This document shows positions 51,180-64,000 of a stretch of 64,000 nucleotides of DNA, piece by piece. The notes under the pieces were generated by a model. The model did no database searches. It was not told the DNA's origin and saw only the letters and a list, made by a program, of their open reading frames with translations. Every line of letters begins with the position of its first letter. The first letter of the stretch is position 1. The DNA is taken from the NCBI GenBank assembly GCA_047967505.1, contig CM106538.1; one strand, written 5' to 3'. The translations under genes were made by a program, and so were the position numbers. The DNA comes from Dipteris shenzhenensis. Lineage: Eukaryota.

Positions 51180-52380
51180 TATATATAGATGAATCCGAGA
51201 ACAAGCCCAAAATCATCCTCTAATAACACAACACAGTGTGCGGTTCAATCCCATGACAGTCACTCACAAGATTGAAAACCATAAACTCCATCATGCATAG
51301 TAAGGACTAGCTAACGGTGGGTGTAGACCATAGTATAAATATAGACCCTCACATACAAATCCACACATCCACATACTTGGGTCTTCATACTGGGTTTCTA
51401 TCAGCACTCCGAAGTTGAAGGGAAAACTCAGCCATGACAAAGGCTAGCACTAAAGGAGAAGGCTAATCAAAAAGCAGTCCATATTCTCTTCATTCAAGCT
51501 ACAATTGCTTGTGAAGACTATACAATTCATTTTAGTCTCTCCCAAACGAGCACTCAAAGCAAAAAATGCTTAGATAATCTAGCCGATAGGGCAACGCACC
51601 ACTTGAGATAGATAGAATTCATCGCAATATCAGCAAGCCGCAAACGTGGACAAAAACTTCACGAGGTGGTTGCATGTCCGCTAATATGGGGAGAACATAT
51701 ATCTAGATGAATTCGGGAACATGCCTAAACTTATCCCCTAACAACACAACACATAGTGCAATTTCGATCTGACGATAATCACTCACAAGATTAAAACCAT
51801 AAACTCCATCACGCATGGCAAGGACTAACACTAGGTGTAGACCATAGTACAAATATATGCTCTCACACATACAACTAACACATACTTGTGCATCCATTTA
51901 AACCAAAGCCTCCGTATTGAGTTTTCACAATATCAGCAAGCCGCAACGTGGATGAAAACTTCACAAGGTGAAAAGATGCATATCTGCTAATATAGCGAGA
52001 ACATATATCTAGATGAATCTCGAAACATGCCAAACTCATCCTCTAACACACATAGTGCAGTTTCAATCTCATGATAGTCACTTGACGTCATCACCGACGT
52101 CATCAGCACCCAACACTGGGTGTAGACCATAGTAAAAATATATACTCTCACACATACAAATCCACACATCTACACATACTTGAGCATCCGCTTATACAAA
52201 GACCTTCATACTGAGTTTCTCTCATCGCTTTAGAGGTGAAGGGAAGCCTCAGTTGTGATAAAGGCTAGCACTAAAGGAGAAAGCTAATAAAAAAGCTGAC
52301 CATATTCTCTTTATTCAAGCTACAATTGCTTGTGAAGACTAATGGTCTCTCCCAAATGAGCAGTCAAAACAAAAAATTCT
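51180..52380. repeat. Diverged local duplications, about 300-bp modules
   Basis: AATATCAGCAAGCCGCAA at about 51627 and 51929; AAGGCTAGCACTAAAGGAGAA...TGTGAAGACTA at about 51440 and 52261; GTGTAGACCATAGTA three times. Confidence 0.75.
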
Positions 52381-53449
52381 TGAATACATGGCATATCAAT
52401 CTACAAATCTTTGATGTCGCATTTTTATGACAAGCTACCAACTCATCATGTATAGCAAAGAAACTTCAATGGCATCCATACCAACTTCCAATGTAAGTCC
52501 CTACATACATGTGGGCATACTTATCCATCCTATGTATTTGATCTCTAGTCTCAAGGCAATTATCTCCATAGAAGTCAACATGGAATCTAGACCATACACT
52601 GCAAAGGTCTAGATGGAGAGCCGGTAGTAACCATAGGTTTACTACATTAAGCCATCCCTGAGCCTAAGACCTAGAGAATCCTTAGCAAGCCCATATGGAG
52701 GTAAGAGCCTTCATTCCACACCACAACCCCTCATCTCAAAGGATGACCATCTGAGATCCCAATGCTTTGAGGCCTATCATCATCTCCACACTTTAGGCAA
52801 ATCCTTGCCTAAGAGTGCCTCACAATGATCCTTGCTTATATTGACAAAGTAGGATCAGCTATAAACCCTTTATACTATGACAAAATAGCAATGCCCAATC
52901 CTCAAGGCCTCAATACATGCTAGATCTGGTCTCAAGCATCAATTATTTCTAGTCTCTAGTGAGAGTGTGTGATCAAATCCCGTATCATTACACATCTTAG
53001 CCCCACATGGCCCCAACCATAGGTTATTCCAACCTTAAGTTAGGCCATGGTTAGCATGTTGGACGTGTAACATCCTCAAAGACAAAAGTGTAGATCTCTC
53101 TGTGTAAACATAGGCTCAAATACATGCACACATGTCCACATACTCTACATACCAACTTCCAAGCTCAAGCACACAACATGATGAAGACTAACACCTTGGA
53201 ACAAGGCCTATCGTATTTTATTACTGCACAGGATGACTCATATCATCGGAACCATAGGATTTCATTGTTGGTTTACATATTTTTCTATCACAAAATTTTT
53301 TTTTCACAAGAAAATTACTTCATTAAGTATGAATGAAGACCGCGAGAGCCAACTCAAATGCGGGAGTACATCATGCGATGCATGAGGAAAAAACAGCTCA
53401 AAGTGAGCTAATAAAAAACCAAGGCGGAGGCTCAAAATGCCATCTCAAC

Positions 53450-56400
53450 CCTGAAGGAAACTCAGAGAAGAAAGGAGATCCCCTCCAAACTCTGAAAAAA
53501 GTAACTCTCCTGGCAGTGGCTGCTCTGTGGAGGATCCCTGCATGCTCGCACAAATGGCCATCAAAGTGTGTACTGTGTTAGTCCAAATACTGGCCATAGT
53601 CTGGGAAGGGTAAACCTGGATACCCTCCATCGCCTCTAGACACCTGGCTCTCCAAATATGCCAAGCTACAATGCTAGCCAAAATCTCCCAAGACGTGTCT
53701 ACTGAGGCATGAGCAGCTCTGAAAGGAGTGAGGGGAATATCTTGGAGGGAACAAGACTCCACTGAGTGTCACCGTACAATGAAAGTTGGATCTGGATCAA
53801 ATCCCTCGAAAAACACCTATGGGCCAGTAAGAGATAACCAAGCCACTTAAACCCAGGTCATATAGAAAGGTGTTGTATGAAAGATGCTGAAAATCCTAGA
53901 GACACCTTTCCAGATCGTCCTCGCCTGTCTGCACTCCCAAAGGCAATGTTGTACTAACTCAACTGCCATGTGACAACGAGGACAAGTAGGGTCAACCCCG
54001 AACCTGGATCTCCACAAGTTCACTGCAATCCCTCCATGAATAGAAAGCCAAAAGAAAAGAGTGATCTTTCTATTCCTGAGGGATTTCCAGAGCCAACACC
54101 AAAGTTCTTTCGCACAGCTGCGAAAATCTAAAAACTATCCCAATGTGGCACTCTGAGGGGCCTCCAATCTCTACTACTGAGCTGAAACCTCCGGGCATTT
54201 CTAACTGTGTAGCAAAAGAAGGGAAAGCTCTTCTCTCGGTGCCCCTCATCAATCCATTCCCACTCCCCTAGGTCCCACTGCAAGAACCTAATAGGGGAAC
54301 CACCATACAGCCAGAGTCTCCAAGACCGCAGCGCAAAGAGAATGGGATCAGGGGCAAGATACCACTATGAATCCCTGCCCCACTCCATGAATCCTGCAAT
54401 CCTGACAGGCTGAAATGCAACCTCCAAAAGAATATCATCAGAAGATCTGATAAGCCTGCCTCCCGACTGAACATTAAAGACAAGGGTATCCTCCTGTGCA
54501 TCCTGCAATGCAATGATCTGTAACGGAATGCTCGTCTCTGAGAACGCTCCCCACCAAGTGGACTTTGTAAGCGGCATGTCATCTGTGTCAATCCACTCTG
54601 GCGGAATGGCTGCCTATATCTGCTATATCCTGAGTGCACTCCCTCTGAGGTGGCCAGCTGCTAAAGTCTCTGCCTCTGGAAGTCTCATAAAGGCCTGCCA
54701 AGCACCTACAGTAGAGGCAGGTCCCCTCTCCCATCTAGACCACTACATATAATGTCACACTCCAAGTGGCCTGCCATGATGATCCAAAATCGAGTCATTC
54801 CACATGACTGGCTGCCTTTCAATCTCTTCACGAGAAGTGGGTGGAACTCTGCGAAGTGTGTTTCTGAAGCAGCCCCAAGCTTTCAGAATAGCAGCCATGA
54901 GAGGGGAAGGCTGAAGTAAAGATCCATCTGCTGCTGTCCAACCAATCTCCCCCATGAGAAGGGGTGCAAGACTGAATGCCGCGTGAGAAAAAATCCTTCC
55001 AGGGCTGCTGTCCAGGTACCAATCCACATACTACAAACTTGCAGAGCAAGGCCATACACTGCAAGCTCGGGTCAATAATATTGAGACCCCCTTCTCCTGT
55101 GGGGAGAATGAGGGTCTCCCAAGCCACCCTAGCTACAACATCTAAGGTGCCATCTAAACCGCTCCATAGAAAGTTCTTGATAGGTCTCATGAGCTGAGCG
55201 ATACAACCTCTAGATCTGCAGCAACATGAGCAAACAAACCAAGCAATGGCCAACAATACCTGGTTCACAACCACAACTCTAGATGCAAGGTCAAGTCTGG
55301 CTGAACTCCAAATAATGAGTTTCCTCCTAATACTCTCCAACACAGGAGTGAACTGCTATGCCAGAGAGATGCCCAACCCAACCTAGCATCCCAGATATCT
55401 GACAGAGACTCCCCTCTAAATCCAAGTGAACCCTATGTCATCACTAATCCAAAAGCCATTGGATTTGTTCCAATTAATGTGTGCACCTGCCGCAATGCAA
55501 AACAAATCCAATGCTGTCCTAAATGAATTCAGTGTCGATGAATTGGCATCCAAAAATACAGCCGTGTCATCTGCCAACTCACTGTCTAAGAGCTCCTCCT
55601 TTTGCCTCAGAGGAAGCCTGAGCCCTACGATTCCAGCTTGAGCTCTAATGTAATAGCTCATAGCCTCAGCCACAAAAAGGAATAAAAGGGAGGCTAGGGG
55701 GCATCGCTGACGGACTGATCTGGTAATCTCAAACCTATCTCCCCTGACTCCACCAATAAAAACCTGGTTGTGGGCTGATTTGTAGAGGACTGACACCCCT
55801 CTGATCCATGCATCTGAGAAGCCAAAACGAGTAAGTGTGCCCTCCAGAAAGCCCCAATCTACCCTGTCATAAGCTTTCTCAAAGTCCAAGAGTAGAATGG
55901 CCAGCCTGTGGCCATTATGCATGGCCCAATCCAAAGCCTCTCAAAATGAGAAGATGTTATCAAAGATGCTCCTGCCATGCACAAAACCCGTCTGCGTATC
56001 ATGGATAAGATCTGGTAGAAAGGGCTGCAGACGAAGGCTAATAGCTTTAGCTAGGATTTTGTACAAGGTACCCAGCAAGGTAATTGGTCTCCACTAAGAC
56101 ACTAAATTCCTGCAACCCCCTTTTGGAATCAAATGAATGAGGCCCTCCGTAAGTGAGTCTGGCATCTCACCTGAGTCCCATACACCCTGTAGGGCTAAGG
56201 TAATATGATCCCCAATCTAATCCCAAAAAGGTTTAAAAAATAAGGAGGTAAGTCCATCTAAACTAGCGCTCCTGAATCGAAGCATTTGTAGGCCTCTTCT
56301 GCTTCTCCCTCTGGAGGGCAGCCAACTACTGGCGGATATCTATCTCACGCCTGAGGATCTCACCCCTTCTGATACGAGCAATTGAATGATAAAAGTCACT

Positions 56401-57300
56401 GATATCAAAGAGGGCTGCGGCTAAGTATGAAGGAGAAAGCTGCCCATCCAGCAAATGAGATACCCAGGTCCTCAACACTGTCTCTGTAAGGCCCTCCTCT
56501 GCATAGAAAGAATCTGGAATCCTAACACCGGCAGAGCGGTGCCTCACATGGAGATCTGAGACCATCAAAACCACTAGAAAATGATCCGAAGTGGACACCC
56601 CAGCTGCAATGCAAACAGTACCACCTTTGTCAAGAACCCAATCATCCACATAAAATATGTCAATCCGTGCATGTATAGGCATCTGCCATCTCCTGTTCGA
56701 CCAAGAAAACATGAGAGAATGTGGCTGAGTGTGAAAAGCATCATCATGCCAAGCATCCCTACCACTGTATTGAAAAAGGAAGGCATCCCACGCTGCTCTC
56801 TCTAGGGAGTGAATGCCACCTTCCCTACCACCCCTTTTGTCTGAGGGCATTTCAACCATGTTGAAATCGCCCCCTATAATCCAAGCATCTGCAATATGTG
56901 ACCAAGAGAGCAGTTCCTTCCAAAAAAGAACACGATCCCCTCTAGAATTGGGTGCATAAAGGTTTAAGAGACCAACCTTATGCCCATCAATCAAAAGTAT
57001 AATCCACTGAGCTCTAGAAGGGACTATGATCCCGTGTCCAATCACCAAGGGGAGTATAGAAGAAGAAACAGAACTGCAAGTACCTCCCCTGGTGCCCAAG
57101 GCGGGTGACCAAAAAGTGTGGCCTGAGAGAAGCTTACCCGACTTAGACCAATCCTTGGCATCCAATTTGTGTTCCTGAATCATCAAAATGTCCATGGGAC
57201 GCCCAGTAACACCTGGATGAAGTTGGTTACGAATCAGTTGCCTGCGGCGACGGTGAGGTATACCCTCGAGGCCCTGAATGTTCCAACTAACAATCCTCAT
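53450..57300 (-). pseudogene. L1 ORF2 (AP endonuclease, RT, C-terminal region), disrupted
   Basis: MRIVSWNIQGL, IQEH, NLYAPN, GGDFN and SDH; LDFEKAYDRV, VRQRCPL and LADD; WHIWRARC. Confidence 0.92.
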
Positions 57301-58699
57301 CTGCGAGAGGAGGAGGCCAAATTGAATATCCTTCCCGACTTGGTAGCGGAGAAAGCCCTCTCATGCGAAAAATTCCTCCTATCAAGAGGAGGGAAGTCAA
57401 CTAGGAAAAGCACCCCCCCCTGCTGAGGGGGAAACTCTGTCCTGGAAGATATGCTCCCCAAGCGTGGAGGGTACAAACTCCTCCTCTGCCTCAAACTCAA
57501 CCAAGTCTGCCATAACTGAAAATGAATTCTTGCGAAGTACCTCTGGCCAGGAGTGTGAAGGAGCTCTGGCGCAGGAGTGCGAAGGAGCCCTGCACAAGGA
57601 GGAGTGGAACCAATAACCCCCTTACCTCAGTCGGGTGTAGACAAATGTGGCCACAACTGCATGACCTCAGCCACAACTTTGTCATTGTCTTAAAGCACGG
57701 TTCTCTGCAGAAAGATTCTCCCTAGATCAACGCTCTTGTATCTGAACAAGGTCAGGAGCAGTCTCATCTACATATGGAACCAAGACAGGGATGTCTCCTG
57801 CCTGAAGAGACGGGCAAAGGCAGTCAGGTCCGATGGGGTACCGCATGTTAGAGTCATTGTCTCTGACCCTAACATCTCGGATGGCCACATTATGCTTCGG
57901 CGTCCAGATGGCTCCTTCTTCAGACAGAGAGTCAAGATTGCAAGGAGATAGGATCAATGTAGGATTTGCAGGACCCTTGGGCACTTTGCCAGAGATTGTC
58001 CAAGGAAAAAGAAAAGACCAAAAAGATCCACAGGTGCGCCTCATAGCTTCACCAGACCTGGACCTTCTTCACGACCAGTTCCTTCGACTTCACAGCCAGG
58101 ACCATCAGCCTCTCGTTCTGGTACTTCTATAGCACGGACATGACAGCTAGCACATCTTGCTTCGGTCCTCCCCCATTGGGTGCCTATCAAAAGTTGGTGA
58201 GCCAGTACCTCAGGCTACCACTGATGGGGCCACGGACACCTGAGGAAGGCCTGAAAATCTGATGAAGAGTGACGTCGTCCGGCTGTCTTCCTCGACAGGA
58301 TCAAACCCCAGTGAAAAAGGGGTCAATAAAATCCTCCTGAAGCCCAGTGCTAGCGGACTAGCCTGAAGCACTGTACGTGCTACCTCCGAGGAGTCAAAAA
58401 CAATATGGAAGAACCTTGCCCAAGCAGACAAACATCTGAGAAGTGCCCTGCGAAGTCTCCAGGTAGAGCGCGGCGAGTATCCAATCCCTGGCTTGTAACC
58501 TAGAAGGGGACCCATGGATGCGAGCAAAGAGTGAAGTCGAGCTCTCTTGCTCTATATCTTTTTTGAGCTACTGTAACTCATCTTTAAATGATGGTTTTTG
58601 CGGCCGATGGAAGTGGGTGAGGATTGGTTGAAGGCAGAGCCATTGTCAATCAGGGTGGAAAGGCCAAGCGAGCACAGTTGAACTCCATCCGACTAAAAT

Positions 58700-59200
58700 G
58701 CTGCAAGGAGAAGGAAGAGGCTGAAGGGAGGAGACAGGAAGGGATAGAGCTGAGGTAGGCAGGGAGAAGCTGAGGGGAGGAGAAGGGCTGAAAGAGGGAG
58801 GAGGGGTGAGGATAGGGGCAGGGGAAAGGAGGTGGAAGAGGGGCTGAAGGGAGCGGGGGTAGAGAAGAGGAGAAGGGGCTGAGGGTAGAGGAGAGGGTAG
58901 GAGGGGGTAGGGGCTGAGAGAGGGGGCTGTAGAGGGCGAAGTAGGGGCGGGGTAGGGGCTGAGAGTAGAGGCGGAGGTAGGGGCGGGGGTAGGGGCTGAG
59001 AGAGGGGGGGCTGGAAGGGCGGAGCAGAGGCGGGGGTAGGGGCGGAGGAAGGGGCGGGGCTAGGGGCAGAAGAAAGGGTGGGGATAGGGGCGGGGAAAGG
59101 CGGGGGAAGAGGCGGGGAAATGGGGCAGGGAAGAGAGGGTAGGGAGGGGGCTGAGGGGAGGGAGGAGAGAGGGGCGGGGAAGGGAGGTAGAGCAGCAGCA
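58700..59200 (+). repeat. Purine/G-run-rich tract in the L1 5' region
   Basis: Dense GGGG(C/T)/AGGGG/GAGGGG repeats with few pyrimidines on plus. Confidence 0.9.
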
Positions 59201-59354
59201 TGGAAGGTGGGGAGCTCTATCACAATTTGTCTCACCACATATCACAAACCAACTTGAGCAACCCATTGCAACCTTTCACCCCATCCATGCCCCGTATTTA
59301 TGTGAAGAAATGTCTTCCATCCATAGGTACAATTATAAAAATGGCAAACATTAC

Positions 59355-59471
59355 CTCCATCATCTCAAACCCAATTGATAGTATCCACAAAAGTGTACTG
59401 TTGCGTAGCATTATAGCTTTACACCACCAACCAAGCACATGGGCTATTACAAACTCGTCGAGAACAGTCTC
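59355..59471 (-). CDS. PSS1: PSS1 exon ([39 protein letters not shown])
   Basis: TTGCAG acceptor and GAG|GTAATG donor; 117 nt, phase 0/0; PSS motifs DEFxxAHxxGW and SIGFExxE; joins in frame to 27294. Confidence 0.95.
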
Positions 59472-60226
59472 CTGCAATGAAGGTTATAACCATTTCACAA
59501 TTTGGTAGAGTAAATAATACATCCTCTGATACAACAAAAATGTGCTCGTGTAATCTAACAATGACATTAAATGAGAAAGAATCCAAACACATGACTAAAG
59601 CCAAAACATCAAATTTGAACCTGTTTTCCCTTTCACTCTTTATCATCTTTCAAGAGCACTAGAAATTGTAACACATCCAACTCGATGAGTAGATTAAACT
59701 AGGGTGACCAACCCTTGTGAGAATATTCACATTGCTCTTCTAGCACCATTACTTACCTCACAATTCACAAATGGTATGTCAACTTGGGAGTCGATTGCAG
59801 AAGAACTTTCCCAATCTCATTTAAGAGTAAACACTTCAAGAGGGAAAGAATGTTATTACCTGGATGCTAATCCTCGGACTAATGGCCTTAATCTAGCAGG
59901 GTTAGGGGGCTCTCAGATTAAGGAAAGCACGCTCACGTGGGTCTAGAGAACTTGGGCGATAGCAAAGAGCCAACTGGCTATAATTAGTCAAGGATGCTTA
60001 ATACAACGGGATGCTCTTATGTATAATAGTGGACAAGGCTAGTGTGCACACAGCACTGATAATCTGGTTTAGATTGAGAGCCAAGGCTCTTGCCATCTAC
60101 ATGAGGTTGCTGGTGTAGAAAAAGGCCTAGGGCTGATTAGAGAAAGGGGCTAGAAGAGTGGAAGGAAGAGATCGGAAGACCAAAGGGTCTATGAGAGAGA
60201 TAGGGAAGGCGAGAGAGAAAGAGATG

Positions 60227-60230
<4 letters not shown>

Positions 60231-60268
<38 letters not shown>
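60231..60268. repeat. (GA)n microsatellite
   Basis: Direct read. Confidence 0.95.
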
Positions 60269-60271
<3 letters not shown>

Positions 60272-60424
60272 ACGTCCACAGGAGACCTCACGCGTGTATG
60301 GGACAAAATGCACACCAAAATCGTCAACGAGGTAGAAAGAAAAAGAGTCTATGGGGGAGTATAGCAGCTCAGCCCCAAATTATTATAGCATAACTACATT
60401 ATTGTGGTCTGAATAACATCAGTC

Positions 60425-61302
60425 TAAGACTCAGAGTCTTTGGGTTTAGGTTTGAAATCTCTAATGAGTGCTTGCCTGTCTCGATAAACCGCCCATTTAC
60501 CTTCTTTCCTTGCTTCTTTCACTTTGATAAGTTCATTTGTCCTTTGTTTGAGTTGGGTCGGAGTGAGCTCTTCAGATATCCAAATCCTAGTACCCTTGCA
60601 CTTGTTGGTTTGTCTAAGGATCTTGGTTCTTCAAATCCTTTCTTTGAAACAAATATGTGCTTGGTTTCCCTTTCGAGTGATAAGACTTATGTAATTTTCA
60701 TCCCAACCGATTTGTGGCACTGCCTTCTTGAGTTGGATAATCTTTTCCTCATCAATACATTCCTCTTCCTCTTCCATTTCAAAATAACTAAGGCAACTAT
60801 CTTGCAATCCCCCAATCCGTAAAATCTATTTGTTGCTTGCTATGGCTTGCTGCTCTCTTACCTCTGTATAGACATCACATTTCTCGATCTTGTTATGTAT
60901 TGTTGCTGTAATTTCCTGTCCCATGGTTTTGAGCTGAGTGGTGACCATTTCTTGGACCTTGGCTACAAGCTATGGTGTAGGAGTTGCAGTATTGCATTGT
61001 TGTAGGACTTCTTGGATTACCTCATGTCTGCCTTCATTCTTCATTTCTGAAACTGTCTTCTCTAGGGAAGCAATGCAGAGCTTTGCATCTTTGAATTCTT
61101 GTTGTAGGAAGTAGATCCGCTCATGTGGATCAAGATTGCTTTGAAATCTGTGAAAAGTCAAGGCATAAGGAGAAGGTGTCGACGCCATGGCAGTGTAGGA
61201 TGGCTTCTTGTTAGCTGGAGTCGATGGAAAGAGCTTCCTCTTCGGGAACTCCATGCTGGGAAAGACCTGTGCAATCCAGGACCCCTTTGTTGAAGCTAAC
61301 AC
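60425..61302 (-). pseudogene. LINE ORF1 relic (coiled coil plus RRM/CTD-like region), a few in-frame stops
   Basis: Frame reads through stops to KGTRIWISEELTPTQLKQRTNELIKVKEARKEGKWAVYRD, a typical LINE ORF1 C-terminus. Confidence 0.65.
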
Positions 61303-61362
61303 CCTAGACTGAGCCAGGGGCTCAGCTCAGCCTGAGGTTGGACGATGACCCCCCTGTTGTTG

Positions 61363-64000
61363 AGAGAGAGAGAGAGAAAGAAAGAAAGAAAAAAAGTTTA
61401 TTAAAGTCTTCGAAAGACCGATGGGTCTATGAGACTGTAAAAAATCCTGATACAACAAGCGGTGTGGGTGAAGCTACTAAACGAGCATCCACTCCAATGC
61501 ATAATGCAAAATGATAAGCGGTGAGTGCTCCATAGTCATGACAGAATGATGATTGTCTACACAACACTAACATCCTCGGACGTGGTCCTGTGTCATCTTC
61601 TGGCCGTAGCGCTATGTCTGCTCATAAGGGCTACAGTGACCCCTATTGGTGGAGCTCCACAACTCTGAACAAGGGAGGGGTATCCCAAGTGTAATATGTG
61701 CCTCAACCCTCTGTCTGAACTGTCGTGTCACTAGCTCTGTGTCATGATCATGGCGGGGCCTCGTGGTGTGGGATTCCACATGGACTGGCTAGAAGAAATC
61801 AGTGATTGAGCTCTCAAGGAGGTCTGCTCTTGTCTCTGTGATCGAAGTAAACGCTCGTGGTGTCTAACTATCTCGTGAATGAAGGCGGCTAAGCATCTCT
61901 GGTCTGGAAAGGAGAGAAAGCGGGACAATATCCCAAAATTGTCTCTGAAGAGGCAATACAGGCGTCCTCGAATCTCATAGTATACTGGGCATCTAAAAAT
62001 GAAATGCTCCTCCGACTCAATCTCATGTGTGTCACATAATGTGCATATGTGCCTCTCCCTAAGCAAACCCTCAGCTATGCCACTCTCTATGCGAAGTCTA
62101 TGTGAAGAGACCCGAAGCTGCCCAATAGAGATCCTCAATGAGTGGGATAGGTGGATTTGTGTATATCCGAGTGGGTCAATAAAACCCTCCGCTGTGACAC
62201 GTAAACAATGATCCCTATAGAAGCTGAGCTTCACTGGAAGCTCGCTCGGTCCCAACAGGTCCGGAAAGTGTGTAGCTGCAAAAGATCCTCACTAATGACC
62301 TAGTTGACCTCATGAGATGTGAAGGGAGGAAAAGGCACGTCAATGCTATACTGGAAGGGGGGGTCCGGGGAGTCGAGTCCCAGTCACTCAAACCATCTCT
62401 CTGTGCGTGCAAACCAGCATCTCTGGTCACTTGCTGCTGCTGACAGTGCCATAAAGGAGGACAATGCTAGCCGCGGAACTCTACTGCATCTGGAAGTGTA
62501 ATCTCTGTACCTCCTAACTCGAAATAGGTAAGTAATAACCTGAAATGCTGCATCAAGCTATAGTGGAGATGACCCAAACTCAGCCTGAATGATATGGTGA
62601 GGAACTGATGGCTTACTGCTGCGAATCATCTATGATATCATAAGAACCTGTAGGTGCTCCACCCGAGTCCACTCTATATCCGACAGATCCGGCCCCCAAC
62701 TAGAGCTGCCATACATCCCAGCTGGACGGACGAGGGAGTCAAAAAGTTAGACCTTGTCCGCGGGTCCTAGAAATGTGAGCGAAAGCACTGCCTCTCTAGT
62801 CTGGCTAAAGAAGCGTATCATCTACTCAGTCGGGCCTGCATCACTAGTCTCATAGTATAGATAGGTCCAGAGAAGAGAACCGCTAGGTATGTATATGACG
62901 AAACAATCTCCACCAACGACCCGCCGAAGGTGAACTGCTCCCGGTGCAAAGTGGCTCGAGATGTGTTGAAGATCCTGACCTTGGTTTTACCAAGGTTGAC
63001 CTTCAAATCATGGAAATCACAAAAGGACTGTAGTGCATCTAGGAAGATAAGAGTGCCACGTCATTCACGTATAACAAGATCTGGATCAAAGTGCTAGCAA
63101 GCATCCCTCCCCCCCAGTGTCTGCATAACTGTCTCAAGCTCATCAATGTAGAGGCCAAACAGGGTTGGTGATAAAGGACACCTTTGTTTGACCCCAATAG
63201 TACTCATGATCTCATCTGTCCATCCAAACCCTATCCAAACTCTGCCTGAGACCCGCTCGTAAAGTGCCATGACAGCCCAAATGATCTCCTAGTCAAAACC
63301 CAAGTCCTGCAAAGGCTGATGAGGCGGGCTCTCGAAACCGTATCAAAGGCTTTGCGAAAATCCACAAAGCAGTAATAAATCCTCTGTTTCCATGCCCTCG
63401 CCTCCTCAATGATACACCTAAGTGATCCATGGTCCCATGATCACGTAGCGTCTCTGGTTCGTTCGGGAGGTGGTTTTTGGTTTCGAATCTAAGTTGACGG
63501 CATAAAGCCTTGCACTCATCATCGTACCAGCTATTACAAGGGACGGTCCCAGGTGGTGGTGGAGCGAGTAGTGTGAGGAAAAGCGTTAAATGAAGTCTCG
63601 TGTAGTGAGCGGGTGACTAAAGTAGCACGGTCCTCTAGTAAGGGTATATGTGAAGTATGTAAAGGCAAGCTAAATATATAAGCGAAAGGTTGCGGTCGAA
63701 ATGTATGTCATGATAAGTGGTGTGAGTGATCTGTGGTGTGGGAGGTACCGTGAGATGGGGTGTAGAAAGAGGTATGTGTGATCAGCCTCAGGAGGACAGG
63801 CTGCGACAGTAAAACCAATGATACAAGAGGTGAAGGTAGAGGATCCCATGATGTAATCAACAACACTAGAGCCCCCTCCATGTGGGAAGCAGGTAAAACT
63901 ACTTGAAAAGGGCCATCTATCAAGACCATTATAAATAATATCATGCATTCTTCCTAGATCTAACAAGGCCTGCCCGTAAGATGTGACCGGAGCTCGTCTA
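61363..64000 (-). mobile_element. RTE/RTEX-like LINE, degenerate ORF2 and 3' end; runs off the window
   Basis: SSVVDYI (EN end); CFVDFRKAFDTV and GVKQRCPLSPTLFGLYID (RT); RVSSHRLRIE...CTLCD...EEHFIFRCP; AATAAA followed by a (CTTT)/(CT) tail. Confidence 0.85.

Larger units (their letters stand above)
53294..59215 (-). mobile_element. Full-length L1-clade LINE, about 5.9 kb, with 10-bp TSD TCTATCACAA
   Basis: TSD at 53284-53293 and 59216-59225; T-run at about 53296-53304; ORF1 relic at 57300-58700; ORF2 EN and RT. Confidence 0.9.

Noticed and set aside
58650-59266. Extensin or formin-like proline-rich host gene
   Set aside because: The ORFs arise from a low-complexity C-rich tract that lies inside the TSD-bounded L1
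59480-64000. Further upstream PSS1 exons (ELPExSYGADCR, RPHPAxWR)
   Set aside because: Not found by eye; the donor-like GAG|GTAAGT near 59755 has stops and no PSS similarity

Overview
Plant nuclear DNA. Intron-sized TE nests, RTEX/L1 LINEs and Tat-like Gypsy elements suggest a fern or other large-genome non-angiosperm (inference only). The backbone is the 3' two-thirds of a phosphatidylserine synthase (PSS1) gene on the minus strand. Six exons were read from the sequence with GT-AG boundaries and consistent phases, split by introns of 13.7 kb and 32.1 kb packed with transposons. The 5' exons were not found and probably lie beyond the window. The standout is a young 9-kb Gypsy element (39315-48290; 990-bp LTRs differing at about 4 sites). 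Its own Pol RNase H has lost catalytic residues, while an intact archaeal-type RNase H sits as a free-standing ORF upstream of gag. That ORF heads a train of overlapping small ORFs (CCHC knuckle; charged helix plus hydrophobic segment). The element also has a tRNA-His primer site and TG...AA termini. Also present: a doubly inverted and duplicated chromovirus, a full-length L1 with TSD and a G-rich 5' tract, a TSD-flanked solo LTR, a hAT-type MITE, a tandem TRIM-like array, RTEX-like LINE pieces, and unidentified spliced ORF relics in the first 7 kb.
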